DNA of 64,000 nucleotides from Octopus sinensis (taxonomy: Eukaryota). This document shows, one piece after another, positions 40,499-53,918 of this stretch. The DNA is taken from positions 38,006,001 through 38,070,000 of the forward strand of contig NC_043009.1 in assembly GCF_006345805.1 (NCBI RefSeq). The letters are read 5' to 3'. Positions within the stretch are counted from its first letter, which is position 1; every line of letters starts with the position of its first letter. Under the pieces are notes generated by a model. That model was not told where the DNA came from. It worked only from the letters and a program-made list of their open reading frames with translations, and made no database searches. Both the position numbers and the translations under genes were made by a program.

Positions 40499-40934
40499 TT
40501 AACCCTATAGCATTCAGATTATTCTGTCAAATGTCATGCTTAATTAATTCACTTTGTTTTGAATTAATCATGCATTTTCACATGGCTTTGAAATATTCAA
40601 AATAATTTGACTATTTTTGGAGTGCCATTGTCAGGTAGGTGTGAAAAGCCAGATCTGGTTAGGTTTGAGCCAAAACAGTAGAATATTTGGCCCGGATATG
40701 GCTGGTTTGAATGCCAAAGGATTAAATTGGTTATATCTGGCCCAAATATTCTAACAGTTTTAAGTTCAAACCAATCAGATCCAACCTCTCACACCTACCT
40801 GACAATGTCATTCAAAAAATAAGCAATCACATCATAGAAATCTTGAAGCTATGAGATAATACAGGATTAATTCAAAATGATGTGAATATATAAGCATTAC
40901 AATTGATGGAGTAATCTAAATATGAAAGGGTTAA
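40499..40934. mobile_element. Two piggyBac-type family 1 MITEs in inverted arrangement sharing a central TTAA
   Basis: Copy 1 spans 40503-40721, with TTAA at 40499-40502 and 40722-40725. Copy 2 is reversed, runs to 40930 and is followed by TTAA at 40931-40934. Confidence 0.88.
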
Positions 40935-41479
40935 AACATGATAAATCACTAATATGAGAGAGCAAAAGGGAAGTTAGACTCACTACAAGCCTGGTTTTTC
41001 TATTTCCTGTCTCAAATTGGTAGCAGTTTATAATTATGTCTTACAACACGTTTATCATTTAGTTTCCATACATTCTATATTTAGTCTCGATCTAAAATAA
41101 TTTTGTGGGGGAGGAAGGCTTATAACCCCTACAAAGAAAACATATGGCTGTCAAAACCAAGAGATCATGACTTTGACCTAGTTGGGCATATCATTTAGAC
41201 TGGGTGCAGTCAGAGCCCTGATTAGAATGTTTACATAGCTGCAGGCTAGATCCCCTAAAGAGAATTTGGAACCCTAAAATTTTTTTCAGAGCAACACCAA
41301 ATATATATTCTTACAGATATATAGATATAGAATTCACAAAATTCTGTGGTGTAGGTGTGTTATTTTATTTTTCCGGTTCAAATATTATAATTTCATCAAT
41401 CGCAGCAGTAGCACCACCACCACCACTTACAATAATAAGCTTTCTACTAAAGGCACATGGCCAGGAAATTTCCAAGGAG

Positions 41480-41800
41480 GGTGCTACTCAATTACATGAA
41501 CATCAGTGCATAACTGGTATTTATTTGATTGATCCCGGACGGATGAAAGGCAAAGTTGACCTCAGTGGAATTTCAACTTGATGTTGATGAATGTAAAGAT
41601 GGACAAAATGCTGCTTAGCTTTTTGTTTGGCATGCTGATGATTCTGCTCAACTGGTACTTGTTTTATTGATCCAAAAAAGATGAAAGGCAAAGTCAATCT
41701 TGGCAGAATGTAAAAGAAAGATAGGAGGCAAAGTTGACCTTGACAGAATTTGAACTCAGAACGTAAAGACAGACGAAATGCCACAAAGCATTTTGTCCAG
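41480..41800 (-). mobile_element. Cluster of degraded SINE B central-domain fragments
   Basis: Three or more occurrences of gatgaaaggcaaagt(t)gacct / aactggtacttg within about 320 bp. Confidence 0.7.
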
Positions 41801-42058
41801 TATCACTAAATAATAATAATAATGGTTTCAAATTTTGAGGAGAAGTAGAGTTAGTTGCTATCATCAATTCCAGAACTTCACTGGTACTTTATTTTATCAA
41901 CCCGGAAAGAAAGAAAGGTGAAGTCAACTTCAGTAGGATTTGAACACAGAAAACAAAGTCAAGGTAGAAGACCAGCGATTTTGAAGGGAGATAATTGATT
42001 AATATATTGGGTCTAGATTTGCATGAGGCCAGTAATTTCTGGGAAGGGAATAAGTTAA

Positions 42059-42278
42059 CCCTTTTGTTACCAACCCGGCTGAAACTGGCTCCGGCTTTGA
42101 GTACAAATGTCTTGTTTTCACAAGTTTTGAATTAAAATCTTCCACCAAACCTTAGTCACCATTTATGTTCCTAACACTAGCTTAATGATAACTAAGATAT
42201 TTTACTGAATTCTTTCTTATATTTAAAGTAATTGAAAGAAACACAGAGCATCTCAAAATAAATACAATGACAAAAGGG
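42059..42278. mobile_element. piggyBac-type MITE family 2, inserted in a SINE B tail
   Basis: TTAA|CCCTTTTGTTAC ... TGACAAAAGGG|TTAA. The flanks rejoin to the SINE B sequence aagTTAAttacattgccccc. Confidence 0.88.
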
Positions 42279-43269
42279 TTAATTACATTGCCCCCAATGC
42301 TCAACTGGCACTTATTTTATCGACCCTGAAAAGATGAAAGGCAAAGTTGACCTCAATAGAATTTGAACTCAGAATGTAGACAGCAACAAAATGCTGTCAA
42401 GCATACTGACTGGTGGTACTATCAATTCTGCCAGCTTGCCAATTTGGATTGATCAATACATTATAAAAGATAAACCAATGTTTGATTCTGGATCATTTTA
42501 TGATAATCACTTGAACTTGAGTCAATTATGTCAGAGAAGACAGATGATACTTCTTCATGTGCTGTGCTTACAGATGTTGGTGATCTTGGACTTCCATTTC
42601 CTCATACACTGTCACACAATTTAGCAAGTTATTGGGTCACTCCTTCCGTAGCCAACTGGTGGGTATGATCATTGAGTAATTAATTACACTAGTAGGAGTA
42701 AAATAATTGAAAGTCTGAAAGTAGTCACAAACTTTAAAGTACCAAGATAGATTTGATGAGTGTGACATGACATATTTTCTTAAATCATATTTTTTTTTAC
42801 CTCTAATTTTTAATAATCTTCATAGCTATTTCAAATCTCTTAAAACTCTCAGAAACATGGGTTTATATTTCTTTTTTTCATTTTCCTATAAGAACATCTT
42901 AGCCAATGTATGTTTGCTTATGCTTGTTATCTTTATGTGTTACATTATGATGATGGAAACCTTAAGCAGGAAGATGATAGGTTCTCGCCACCACCAACAC
43001 TATCAGCAGAAAAATAAAACAAAATAAAATAAAATAAAATAGAAATAAACATCATAAAATCAAAGAAATTTTATGGCAATTTTAAAAATCTTAAAATAGT
43101 TGCAAATTCTGTGAGTGAAATTTTATAGAACACCTGAAATGTTTCTTTGACAATTTATTATTATCATTATTACTATTATTATTATTATTATTTATCAAGA
43201 TTATATAAATACTGAGAGCCAACTTATTTTCTATTGAGCACATAAAATTGGTTTCTGTTATTCTCAATA

Positions 43270-43309
<40 letters not shown>

Positions 43310-44267
43310 TATATATGTATATATGATATATAAATGATTTCCCTTTGGCTCTATTTAGAATTTTTAACATAGTTTCTTTTTTCAAATTTATTTTATTGAA
43401 GCTTGAAAGACTGTGCGACACTGAAATACTGCTTATGAATGAGATGACTGAAGAAGTATTTAGTAAAAGTATAGGAATCAGCGGAAATGAGATTTTGAAA
43501 GAATCTCGAATGAAGGGAAAGAAAATGAAAGAATTAAGGAATAACGATAAGGTTTATGAATACAAGAAATATAACTGAGATCCGTTAGAGTTTGCTAAGG
43601 AATTATAATATTTTCTATTTTGTATTTTAAATCGTTGCTCCACAACTCATAACCTATGAAATCAATAAGTGTATGGATCTTTATAAAAGTTTTAGAACTT
43701 GTAGCTTTACCAAACCAAAATATAATTTGATGTTATTCAAAAGCAAAGAAAGAGACCTCTGGTATTTAAGACAGAACATGTAATTTTTTAAAACCCTTTT
43801 AATAAAAACCTGCTGAAGTCCACTCTAGATATATGACACACGTTTCCTGTTTTAAAGAGATCTAAATTAACACCAATGCATTGTGAAAGACATTCAAAAA
43901 CACACAAAAACTATTAACTTCACTTAAATATTTATTATTTGGTATCGAAATTTTTGTCACACAATCTGTGACCTGGTCACTGACGTGATTCCACTGTGAA
44001 TAGTCTTTGTGTGCATTTGAATGGCATATATGTGTCGTCCACACTCAATGGTTTTAATTTCAATACATAATCACCTGCCTGGCAAGTACTTCACCTCAAT
44101 TAAAAACCTCCATCAAAATTCCTCATTGATTTATGATCTAAACACCAGTTTGCTAGCAACAAAATTATTTTACTAAATATTTTATTATTTTCAAAATTAA
44201 ATGAAATAAAGGCGGTGTATTCTAACGGAAACATGGTAACAAAAGGTTAGTAGATAAGTTTAAGGCG

Positions 44268-44590
44268 GCGAGCTGGCTGAAACGTTAGCGCAACGGGTGA
44301 AATGTTTAGCAGTATTTCGTCTGCCGTTATGTTCTGAGTTCAAATTTCACCGAGATCGACTTTGTCTTTCATCCTTTCGGGGTCGATTAAATAAGTACCA
44401 GTTACGCAATGAGGTCGATAAAATAAGTACCAGTTACGCACTGGGATTGATAAAATAAGTACCAGTTATGCACTGGGATCGATAAAATAAATACCAGTTA
44501 CATACTGGCTCAATATAATCAACTTAATCCGTTTGTCTGTCCTTGTTTGTCCCCTCTGTGTGTAGCCCCTTGTGGGCAATAAAGAAATAA
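44268..44590 (+). mobile_element. SINE family B with a four-copy internal 32-bp tandem expansion
   Basis: Units start at 44382, 44414, 44446 and 44478. The SINE is preceded by a reversed family 2 MITE (about 44050-44259). Confidence 0.9.
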
Positions 44591-46559
44591 AATAAGCTGA
44601 AGCCAGATAATATATTTTATGAAGCGTGGGGGTGGGATGAAACGCCACTAAGCCTTTTGTCCAGCATACTAACTGTTCTGGAAGCTAGCCCCCTAAGACA
44701 TAGAAATCATAAGGGTTTCTAATTTAAGCACAAGGCCAAAGACTCTGAGTGGAAGGAGATTAGTCTATACTTTCAACCCCAGTATTTAACTGGTTATACA
44801 TGTCTAATTTACACACAAAGTCAGTAATTTTGGAGAGGAGGGGGGTTAGCCATTATCACTGACCCCAGAAGGGTGAAAATTAATGTTGACCTTGGTAGCA
44901 TTTGAACTCAGAACATAAAGAGGTGTAATGAATAATGCAAGGCATTTTCTTCCAGCACTCTTTGCCAATTCATTATTCTAATAAGGGGGTAAAGACATTA
45001 TGATAAATTAGGGGTTTATCATAACCCCATCACCCCACACTTTACCCAGCACTGTAGACTTAGTGGGTTTTGTTCTTTTTTAATATAATTCATTGTTGCT
45101 CATAAATAATAAAGTTCCATTCGCTGAACAATGTTGACATGTGACATAAATTAGTCATGAACTAAAATCATACTAATTGCATTGAAGCGAAGAAAATAAT
45201 TAGCTTTCTTCATTAGCACACACACAAACACGCACACACACACATACACCCACCTGTGCATACACACATCTAATAAGAAATAATATACAACCAAAAGAAA
45301 AATTATTAGTGGCAGAGTAGTTAAGAAGTTTGCTCTGTAACCAATAGTATAATAGGTTCAATCCCAGTGTGTGTTGTCTTAGGCAAGTGGCTTTACCATA
45401 GCCATAGGTATACACACACACACACATATCCACAAGTGTGTGCATATGTTATTAGGAAGTTCATTACACAACCTCCTAATTTTAGAGTTGCTCCTATTAT
45501 GTGGTACTGAGGGCAGGTGTCTTCCATCATAGTATTGGGCTCATCAATGGAATTGGTAGATGGAGATTAAAGGAAGTCCAACATCTCTATCTATATTAAA
45601 AGACACCAGTGCAACATGCCCCACAATGGGACTGAACTCACAACCACATGGTTGAGAAGCAAACTACTTAACCACAGCTAACTACCCACCTACCTAAGCA
45701 ACTGACTAACACACCTACTCATGTGTGTGGAATTTAAAAAGTAAGGACTTTTTCAAAAGTCTTTTGTTTTAAACAAATAAAGGCAAGATACGCTACCAAA
45801 CATTCATGTGGTTTCTAGATATTTTTGCTACATTAACACAAAGACATTAAGAATAAATTATTTAAATAATGAAACCGTGGCTATTAGTAACCAATGTTCT
45901 TTTTCGCGTTTCCTAGATAAGTCTTTTAAATAAAAGATATCTCAAAAACAAAGAATAAATAAAAGATATTTCATTTGTTGTTGACTGTGTTGTTGACATT
46001 TAGAGTGGAGATAAAAAAAAGCCAGAAGTCTTTTGAGAAAAATCATAAATAATTCTTTATATTTAATGATAAAAATGTGAACCTACTATTCCAGTATTAA
46101 TTATATACAAGATAAACTTTATTTTTCTATGTGGCAAACAATAATGAAGGTGGCAGAACAAATCATTTGACAAAATTGAAGAAAATATCTTTAATTTTAT
46201 TAATTGAGATTCTTTCACTGAAAAAGGTAGATTGATAAAGTTCTTTAATGAACTTTTCTGTTTCCTATTGATAATCCTCACACAGTTTGTGTTACATATT
46301 TGTACTTTTATTTGCTTGCGAATTCAATGTTTGTTATGATAACAGACAATGTGATGACAAGAGCAACTTAGTTCCTGAAATAAATTGCAGGAAATAAATA
46401 AATAAATAAATAAATAAAAACAAATACTATTTGAATTCTTTAATGCCTGCACCCAGCTGACATCTTGACATACCTATTATCTTACATACTAGTTGCAAAA
46501 GCTATTTGACCACATATATTTTCTAATACATGCAACACACACACATACACACACACTAT

Positions 46560-46985
46560 CCTAATTTTATTCAATGTTTACTTTTCTATGTTTGTATGGG
46601 TCAGACAAAATTTATTGAAGCAAATTTTTCTATGGACAAATGCCCTTCTTGACACCTGTTTCCAAGCAAGTAATAATTCCCTTTGGCCAGACATGTTTTT
46701 CATGGAAGACTGGAAATGACTAACATTTTTTACTTGACTGTGTCACTCATTTATAACTATCACTCAATGTCAAAACAAGGAGTCACACACACACACACAC
46801 ACATACATACACACACACACACACACAAAGAGAGGCTTCTTTCAGTTTCTATCTATTAAATTCACTTAGAAGGCTTTGGTTGGCCTGGGTCTAAAGTAGA
46901 AGAAGGACACTTGCCCAAAGTGCTGTGCTGTGAGATTGAACCCAAAACCATGTGGCTCAGAAGCAAGCATTTCAATCACACTTGC
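46560..46985 (-). mobile_element. SINE with family A head and C2 tail
   Basis: A head at 46830-46985, (CA)n, then C2 tail (catggaagactggaaatgac..., ccagacatgttttt). Confidence 0.75.
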
Positions 46986-48000
46986 GGTTGAAATTTCTCC
47001 TAGTATGCTGTGCCTAGTATGTTGACCTGTGACCAGGTCAACATTAGTATTTTGGTACCAGATAATTAAATGGGAATATTTTGGAAGATTGTTATGAAAT
47101 GAAGTGGATGTGTTTCGGAAGAATTTAGGCAAGAGATTTTCAAATGTGGAAAGAGATGGGGGGAGAGAAAGAAAGGAGAGAAAGGAAGAAAGAAGAAAGA
47201 AAAGTCAAAATGGTTCGAAAGGAATATTATTTCTACCATTGTTAAGTAATCTGAAGCAGGCGTTCTATTGAGAGAGAGAGAGAAGCAAGAACAGATGTTG
47301 TTTAAGACAGATTCTTGTTGATGTTTTACTTTTGCAAAGTAAGACGAAATCTAGAGATTTATGTATTGAAGTAGGTCTAGCCATGACAAAAACAACAGTG
47401 AAGAGGGATTAATTACCGAGATCAGTGAGGGATGGTGCAGCGAAACATTTTAAAATATAGCCCGTCTGGTGTGAGAGCAAGATAACTCTGATTGGAGAGA
47501 GATTATTTTCTTTTTAACTGCAGGGTTTTATGTTTTTAATGTTCTGCTGGATCTTAAGACGATATCAGCCAGGAATCCCTATCAACATATTATTTACAAT
47601 CAGAAGCTTATTATGACTGATGAAGAGAGAAATATATATGTATATATTTATGTGTGTTTCAGGAAAGAAAATAAAACAAACTATAATCTACATAGAAACA
47701 AGTGATGTTGGCTGGAAAGATCTTTTACTTTACTGATATTATGTAATTCAAGTACAAGAAGATATTTCAACAACTTCCTTACTTGTTGTTGTTCAGTCCC
47801 AGTTCAGCCTTGATCTAGAAGATTTATTACTAAGTCAGACCCATCCATGTTTTTTTGTAAACTTACAGCTACAATATCTAACGTGTTCTTTATTTTCGCA
47901 TTAAGATAAGTGATAATTTGGCTGCTATTTCTAACAGGCTGAGCAATAGTACACAGGCAGCTTCTTCAGCTAAGCTTGCCTCATATATCTGTTGGAATAC

Positions 48001-48402
48001 TCTCTCTTTTACTTGTTTCAGTCATATGACTGCGGCCATGCTGGAGCACCGCCTTTAGTCGAGCAAATCGACCCCGGGACTTATTCTTTGTAAGCCCAGT
48101 ACTTATTCTATCGGTCTCTTTTGCCGAACCGCTAAGTGACGGGGACGTAAACACACCAGCATCGGTTGTCAAGCAATGCTAGGGGGACAAACACAGACAC
48201 ACAAACATATGCACACACACACACACATATATATATATACATATATACGACAGGCTTCTTTCAGTTTTCGTCTACCAAATCCACTCACAAGGCATTGGTC
48301 GGCCCGGGGCTATAGCAGAAGACACTTGCCGAAGATGCCACGCAGTGGGACTGAACCCGGAACCATGTGGTTGGTAAGCTAGCTACTTACTACACAGCCA
48401 CT
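48001..48402 (-). mobile_element. SINE family A, inserted in a family 2 MITE (about 47985-48578)
   Basis: Near-full copy. The flanks atatatctgttggaatac and actgtctttgtttcaatt rejoin the MITE consensus. Confidence 0.9.
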
Positions 48403-49350
48403 GTCTTTGTTTCAATTAAATTTGAAGGTAATGATGGATTTAGTAAAATACCCTTGTCCTTATTATGTTGGTGTTTGGCATACAAATTAACATGGAAATT
48501 TCATGGAAGGTTTTAAAACTGGAAATTTGTATCATGGAATTGGGGTCAGTCCCAGGCAGGTTGTTATCAAAACAGTTAAGTCGATAGTCAAATAAATACT
48601 AATACAATGCAGTCAACACAATAACTTCAATTTATTCAGGCTGTATCTGAATCTAAAAGAGGCAAACTCAGTTGAACACTGACTAAATCAACCAAACTGA
48701 GGCAAAGGAGACAATTTGAAATTGTGTTTTTAAACAAGTTGATGTATCAAATTTCCAAGCAAATAAGTTTGGAAGGAGGCACTGTGCTTCAAGTAGCCTT
48801 ATTTTTGGCAGATACTTGGACAAACCTAACATGTTTCTACCTTATTAGAGATTGTCAACCCTTATCTGTCGATGGAGAAAAATTAATATATACATGTACA
48901 AAGACTGTACATATGCTGGTATGACGAAAAACAATTAATATAGTCTAGTATCTATTTATAGTTAAATAGTTTGAAGGGGCCTGGAAAACCAGGTTAGAGT
49001 CACTTTCATGAGGCAAAAAAAAAAAAAAAAAAAATTATACACACACACAAATTATACACATGAATTCATGGACCGAGTTTGTTGGGTAGCTATTCCAATT
49101 TCATGCAGAAAGACATAGTAATGGAATTAGAGGCGGGGATTCTTTTCAGAACTATAACACCCGTTGTATGAAACTTAGGGATAAAAAAAAACAAAAAAAC
49201 TAAGCCTAATTCTGTGCTTTTTTTCCCGTTCCCTGTGGGTCAGGGAAAAAAAGTTACATTTACCCTTGTTTCTTTCTTCTAGTTGCACATTTTATCTCAC
49301 AATCTCTTCCATACAACACAGACAGGGCCTTTCCCCTCAATTTCTCTTAC

Positions 49351-49461
49351 CCCATCGTCCGAAACATTTTCAGTCGCTTCCCTTTCTGAAGTCGACCGTT
49401 GTAAAATACCATCATATACTGTTTGTGTTGTTGTCATGGTGAAAATGTTGCCAATAAACAT
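49351..49461 (-). CDS. Candidate first coding exon of an unidentified minus-strand gene: MFIGNIFTMTTTQTVYDGILQRSTSEREATENVSDDG
   Basis: Acceptor tcgctttccttacaAG (49465-49464) and phase-0 donor GGG|GTAAGA (49350). The second ATG (49437) sits in a ttcaccATG context. An upstream 109-nt intron (49572-49464) follows a UTR exon ending in an in-frame TAA. Confidence 0.55.
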
Positions 49462-50966
49462 CTCTTGTAAGGAAAGCGATATATATTAAATATCTTCTAA
49501 TATTATGATGGCCCCTTTTACAGTTTCTTCCTATTCTAACCCCCGACGACAGCGTCGTATAAGTTCCCCTACCTTATCCCAATAAACCCTGGTGAAAGCC
49601 AAGCTTCTGTCGCCCTCTTACTCATTTCTTCATAATATCCTTCTCTCCCCTTCTCTCTGACATTTTCCTAAATAATTCTCTTTCACCTGACCGTATTGAT
49701 AATAGTCTAAGCAAGTCAATTCATTATTTGACACAAAAATTCAAGCTTAATCCACGTTGCTGTAGGTTGTTGTTTGGTCGAACTTAACACATCACCCCCC
49801 ACAAGAAAAAAAAGCAAAAAAAAAAAAATATTAAGTAACATATATAGAGTTAGTCGTGGTATCTAAAAGATACTCACGGATAGGTTTTAGTTACTGAAAT
49901 AAACCTAACACCTAGTCGAATGTCGAAAGGAAAAAAGGGGTAGTGAGGAGGTAAGAGAAATAAATAAATTAGAGATTGTCACAGGGTGAAGGATTTGCCA
50001 AACCAGATGATAATGCGTTCATGTCAAGAACAGACATGTTCTAAGGAGTTTTTAACCCCGTTGACACTGATCCTGACCTGAGCTGTTCGAGGTTTTTACA
50101 GACAAATAGACGCTGTGTTTTAGACTAGTCAATAAATGAAAAAGCTCTTGTTTTGATTCCAAACGAGAGGAATGTAATTAGTCGATGGTCAGAGAAAGCA
50201 ATATTATACATCAATGGTGAGAGAGATGGGGAGAGAGAGGCGGTTACAAGAAAGAAAAAGGAGAAAATTATTGTGGTTCCAAGTTCAGTACCACTGCGTG
50301 ACACCGAGAGCAGTTGTCTTCTACTATAGCCCCGGGCCGTGCAAAGCATTTAAGTGGATTCGGTAGGCAAGCCTGTTGTGCGTGTGTGAATAAATGTGTT
50401 TGTGACCATCGCTTGATAACCAGCGTTGGTTTGTTTATGCTTCCATATCTTGGCAGTTCGACAAACGTCACTGATAATTAATAAGTACCAAATTTCAGTA
50501 AAATATAAATACTGGTGCTCTAGTAAGACCGCAGTCCAATGATAAGTAAAATGGTATCTTTATTACGATCACGATGATCTTATATAGAATGACCGCTCGG
50601 TTCAAAGTCTCGGCCTTGCTTTTTGAGCAAAAAAATTAACTTAACTTAGGACAAATAAAAGACAAAAATGTTACATGAGTTCGAATGATTTAAATATTTA
50701 AAATTTACTTAAAAAGTATTTTATATACCGATTAAATTTTCCTTTAACTAGAACTTTTTTAAAAATAAAACTAAATCAAAGAAAGAAAAACGAACAAAAA
50801 GGTTAAAAGATCGAACCCGGCAGCCTATAAAGAGTCCAGCAACGATCTTTTCCTTTCATCAATGATACGTAAAATGTGGGGGGAGAAAAAAAAAAAAAAA
50901 GTAACTGTTTGCAATATAGGACACAGGGCCTCGAAATTTCAACGGGGGAGTGACGGTTAGTCGATA

Positions 50967-51200
50967 AGGCGGCGAGCTGGCAGAAACGTTGGCACGCCGG
51001 GCGAAATGTGTAACCGTATTTCGTCTGCCGTTACGTTCTTGAGTTCAAATTCCGCCGAGGTCGACTTAGCCTTTCATCCTTTCGGGGTCGATAAATTAAG
51101 TACAAGTTACGCACTGGAGTCAATGTAATCGACTTGATCCGTTTGTCTGTCCTTGTTTGTCCCCTCTGTGTTAAGCCCCTTGTGGGTTAGTAAAGAAATA
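50967..51200 (+). mobile_element. SINE family B, young full-length copy
   Basis: 12-bp TSD ggttagtcgata at 50955-50966 and 51201-51212; CpGs intact. The central gcctttcatcctttcggggtcgataaa motif recalls the Meta-SINE-type domain (from recall). Confidence 0.93.
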
Positions 51201-52060
51201 GGTTAGTCGATATCGCATACCCTAGCACTTGACTGGTACAGGTACATAAACGACCGATTTTCTTAACTCCTTTAATCCAGATAAATTATAGGAAGGGACT
51301 TGAAATTCCCCTGGTCGTCAGTCTAATTAATTGCACTACCACAGATAACATTGTGGTGTTTATACATATATTATTTACTCTGCACTCGTTAGTGGACATA
51401 CCAAAATTTTGAGATATAGATATTTACTATTTAGTTTAAAGTTACCCTAGCAATTTTTCGGTGAAAATATATGACATAGTTTTTCATCTGCTCGAGAGAG
51501 CTAAACAGATACACTCACACATACACTCACAAAAAATGCGGATTATATTCGAGGATTTACGTTATATCTTTTTGGTGTTAATATAATTCACAACGCCTGT
51601 TGGGTATGACACTGTATTGTTTCCAAGCAAGGAAATTCTTGCCACTGCCAGACAGGACTTTGCGGAATACTGGAAATAAATGACATTCATTTATGACAGT
51701 CAAGCGATGTCAAGACAAGAAGACACCTACATCATAATAATGAAAATTTCTGATATAGGCACAAGACTAACTGAGTGGGGTTACTTGATTACATCGACCC
51801 CAGTACATGACTGGTACTTTGATCGATCCCGAAACGATAAAATAAAAAAAAAGTTCACGTCGGCGGGATTTGAACTTAGAGCTTAAAAGTCGAAACAAAT
51901 ACCGCAAAGCACTTTTTCCTATGCTTTAATGATTCTGCCAGCTCGCCATAATGATGCTGATAACGACGATGACAATGATGAGGCGAAAACTAATGGTTGC
52001 CTTATCCTGCCCGACCCAGAAGGGAGGGTCTGAAATATTTATGGGCGGTGCCAATCTTCG

Positions 52061-52139
<79 letters not shown>

Positions 52140-52526
52140 CAAATATCAAAATCTGCCAAACATTACTTGAAGGAGCACTTAATTCATTTGAGTAGATTAT
52201 TACAAACACACATACACAGCTGCACGGAAACTTCGAAGTTACTGTCGACCTTTTTTTCCTCGTAAAAAAAAAAAACGACAAACGAAAACAAAACAACGCT
52301 AAAACTAATTATTATGTATCCTATGGAGTATGTGGCCGCCATGTGTGTATGTGCGTGCACGTACGTGTATGTATGTATATTACGTGTAGATATATATATA
52401 TGTATATATATATATATTGAGAGAGAGAGACTGCGTCGAGCTGTTGGCAACAAATTGATTGAGCGTTGGAACTGAAAAAACAGAATCACTCTTAGGCGTC
52501 ATGGAGTGAATGGTGCTCTATCTTAC

Positions 52527-52690
52527 TCGCCTTTCAATTCAATGCGGGGAGGAAACGCAAAGACGGTGATAAGACATCAATTAACTTGGATGACCTTCTA
52601 TTTAAAACTCAGGAAGAAGGAGTATTTGCCCTCCGTTGTTGGTTGGCTTCAAGAAGGAGGAACGAAGCGGGTGAGTCTCAAGAGTAAACA
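52527..52690. promoter_or_regulatory. Candidate first-exon region with consensus donors on both strands
   Basis: Minus donor GGCGA|GTAAGA at 52527/52526 and plus donor GCGG|GTGAGT at 52670/52671. The region is CpG-rich and lies next to a (GT/GA)n tract. Confidence 0.3.
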
Positions 52691-52869
52691 GGTGCCTTGC
52701 GCTCTAATCTATAATGTGATACAAACACATAGAGCATAAACATACACACACACATTTGTGTGTATATATACATGCATATACATGTGTGTGTATATAAATA
52801 TATATACACACACTCACTCAGCATATATGTACGCGCGAGTGTATGTATATAAACACACACACATCTATA

Positions 52870-52908
52870 TATGTGTTTGAGTGAGTGTGTGTGTGAGTGT
52901 GTGTATGT

Positions 52909-52945
<37 letters not shown>

Positions 52946-53050
52946 AGTGTGTGTGTGAGAGTGTGTGTGTGTGAGAGAGAGTGTGTGTGTGTGAGAGAGA
53001 GAGAGTGTGTGTGTGAGAGTGTGTGTGTGTGTGAGAGTGTGAGTGTGTGT
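52870..53050. repeat. (GT)n/(GA)n compound microsatellite
   Basis: Direct reading. Confidence 0.95.
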
Positions 53051-53605
53051 GCGCGTCAGTATGAACGGAGAACGTTGAGCGAAGTTTATGAAGGGACCCT
53101 AATGAAATCAGAAAGAAGTGAACAGCGGGTGGTTATTTGTTTATTTATTTCAAATAAAAATAATAAAAAAGTCCAAAAAAAAAAAAAAAAAAGATGGAAA
53201 TTTCCAGATGACAAAAGTAACCTCCATTACCACCACCACCACCATCACCATGTCTCCCGCTCCGATAAAATGATGTGCTTCTTTAATAGACAGTCGTTTT
53301 GTTTGCTGTATCCGATTTCAGCCCATCATAGTTTAAAAAAGTAAAAGAAAAGAAACGTGGGGTTGTTAGCGATAGCAACCCGTGGGGGTCACAGATTCTG
53401 AGTTCATCAGTAAATACACTTAAATCAACATTTCTGTTGGCCATAAATAAATTTTTTTTTTTTAAACCTCTCTCCATAGCTTCTCAGTCATTGCTTTTTG
53501 AGCGAGAAAAAAAAACTGGTTGACACACACACAACGGACACGTATGACCTGCAAATGAATTTAAGTTCATATGTGTTAACTTTTTATGGACTGCTTATTA
53601 GTGAT

Positions 53606-53850
53606 AGAGCGTGGCTCAGTCGTTAAGGGTGTTGCATTCATGATAGCAAGAACGTAGTTTCGATTCCAGGACCAGCTGGTGCGTTATGTTCTTGAACAAA
53701 GCACTTCGTTTCACGTTGTACAGACAACGTTGACTTGAGAGCAGGAGTGAGCTTAATACGCAGCTCAAACATTTGATCACTATAAACAAATCATCAGTGA
53801 GGGATGTTCAACGACAAATTGCGAAACCCTCACCTGTTCTTTACGACAGG
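53606..53850 (+). mobile_element. tRNA-derived SINE family D
   Basis: gagcgtggctcagtcgttaaggg...tttcgattccagg...gttcttgaacaaagcacttcgtttcacg. Confidence 0.7.
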
Positions 53851-53918
53851 AGAGACGACCGCCATTACTGAATTCAGAATATTTATTTACTATTGTATAA
53901 TTATTTATCTTTTGTATA

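Noticed and set aside
42522-42660. ATG-initiated 45-codon frame MSEKTDDTSSCAVLTDVGDLGLPFP... with a donor
   Set aside because: No promoter context, no homology recognised, and it directly follows a SINE remnant.
44382-44510. CRISPR-like 32-bp periodicity
   Set aside because: The units are contiguous with no unique spacers, lie inside a SINE, and the DNA is eukaryotic.
47416-47464. Possible second minus-strand exon TGYILKCFAAPSLTDL
   Set aside because: Several competing acceptors and only a moderate donor; it cannot be preferred over chance without transcript data.
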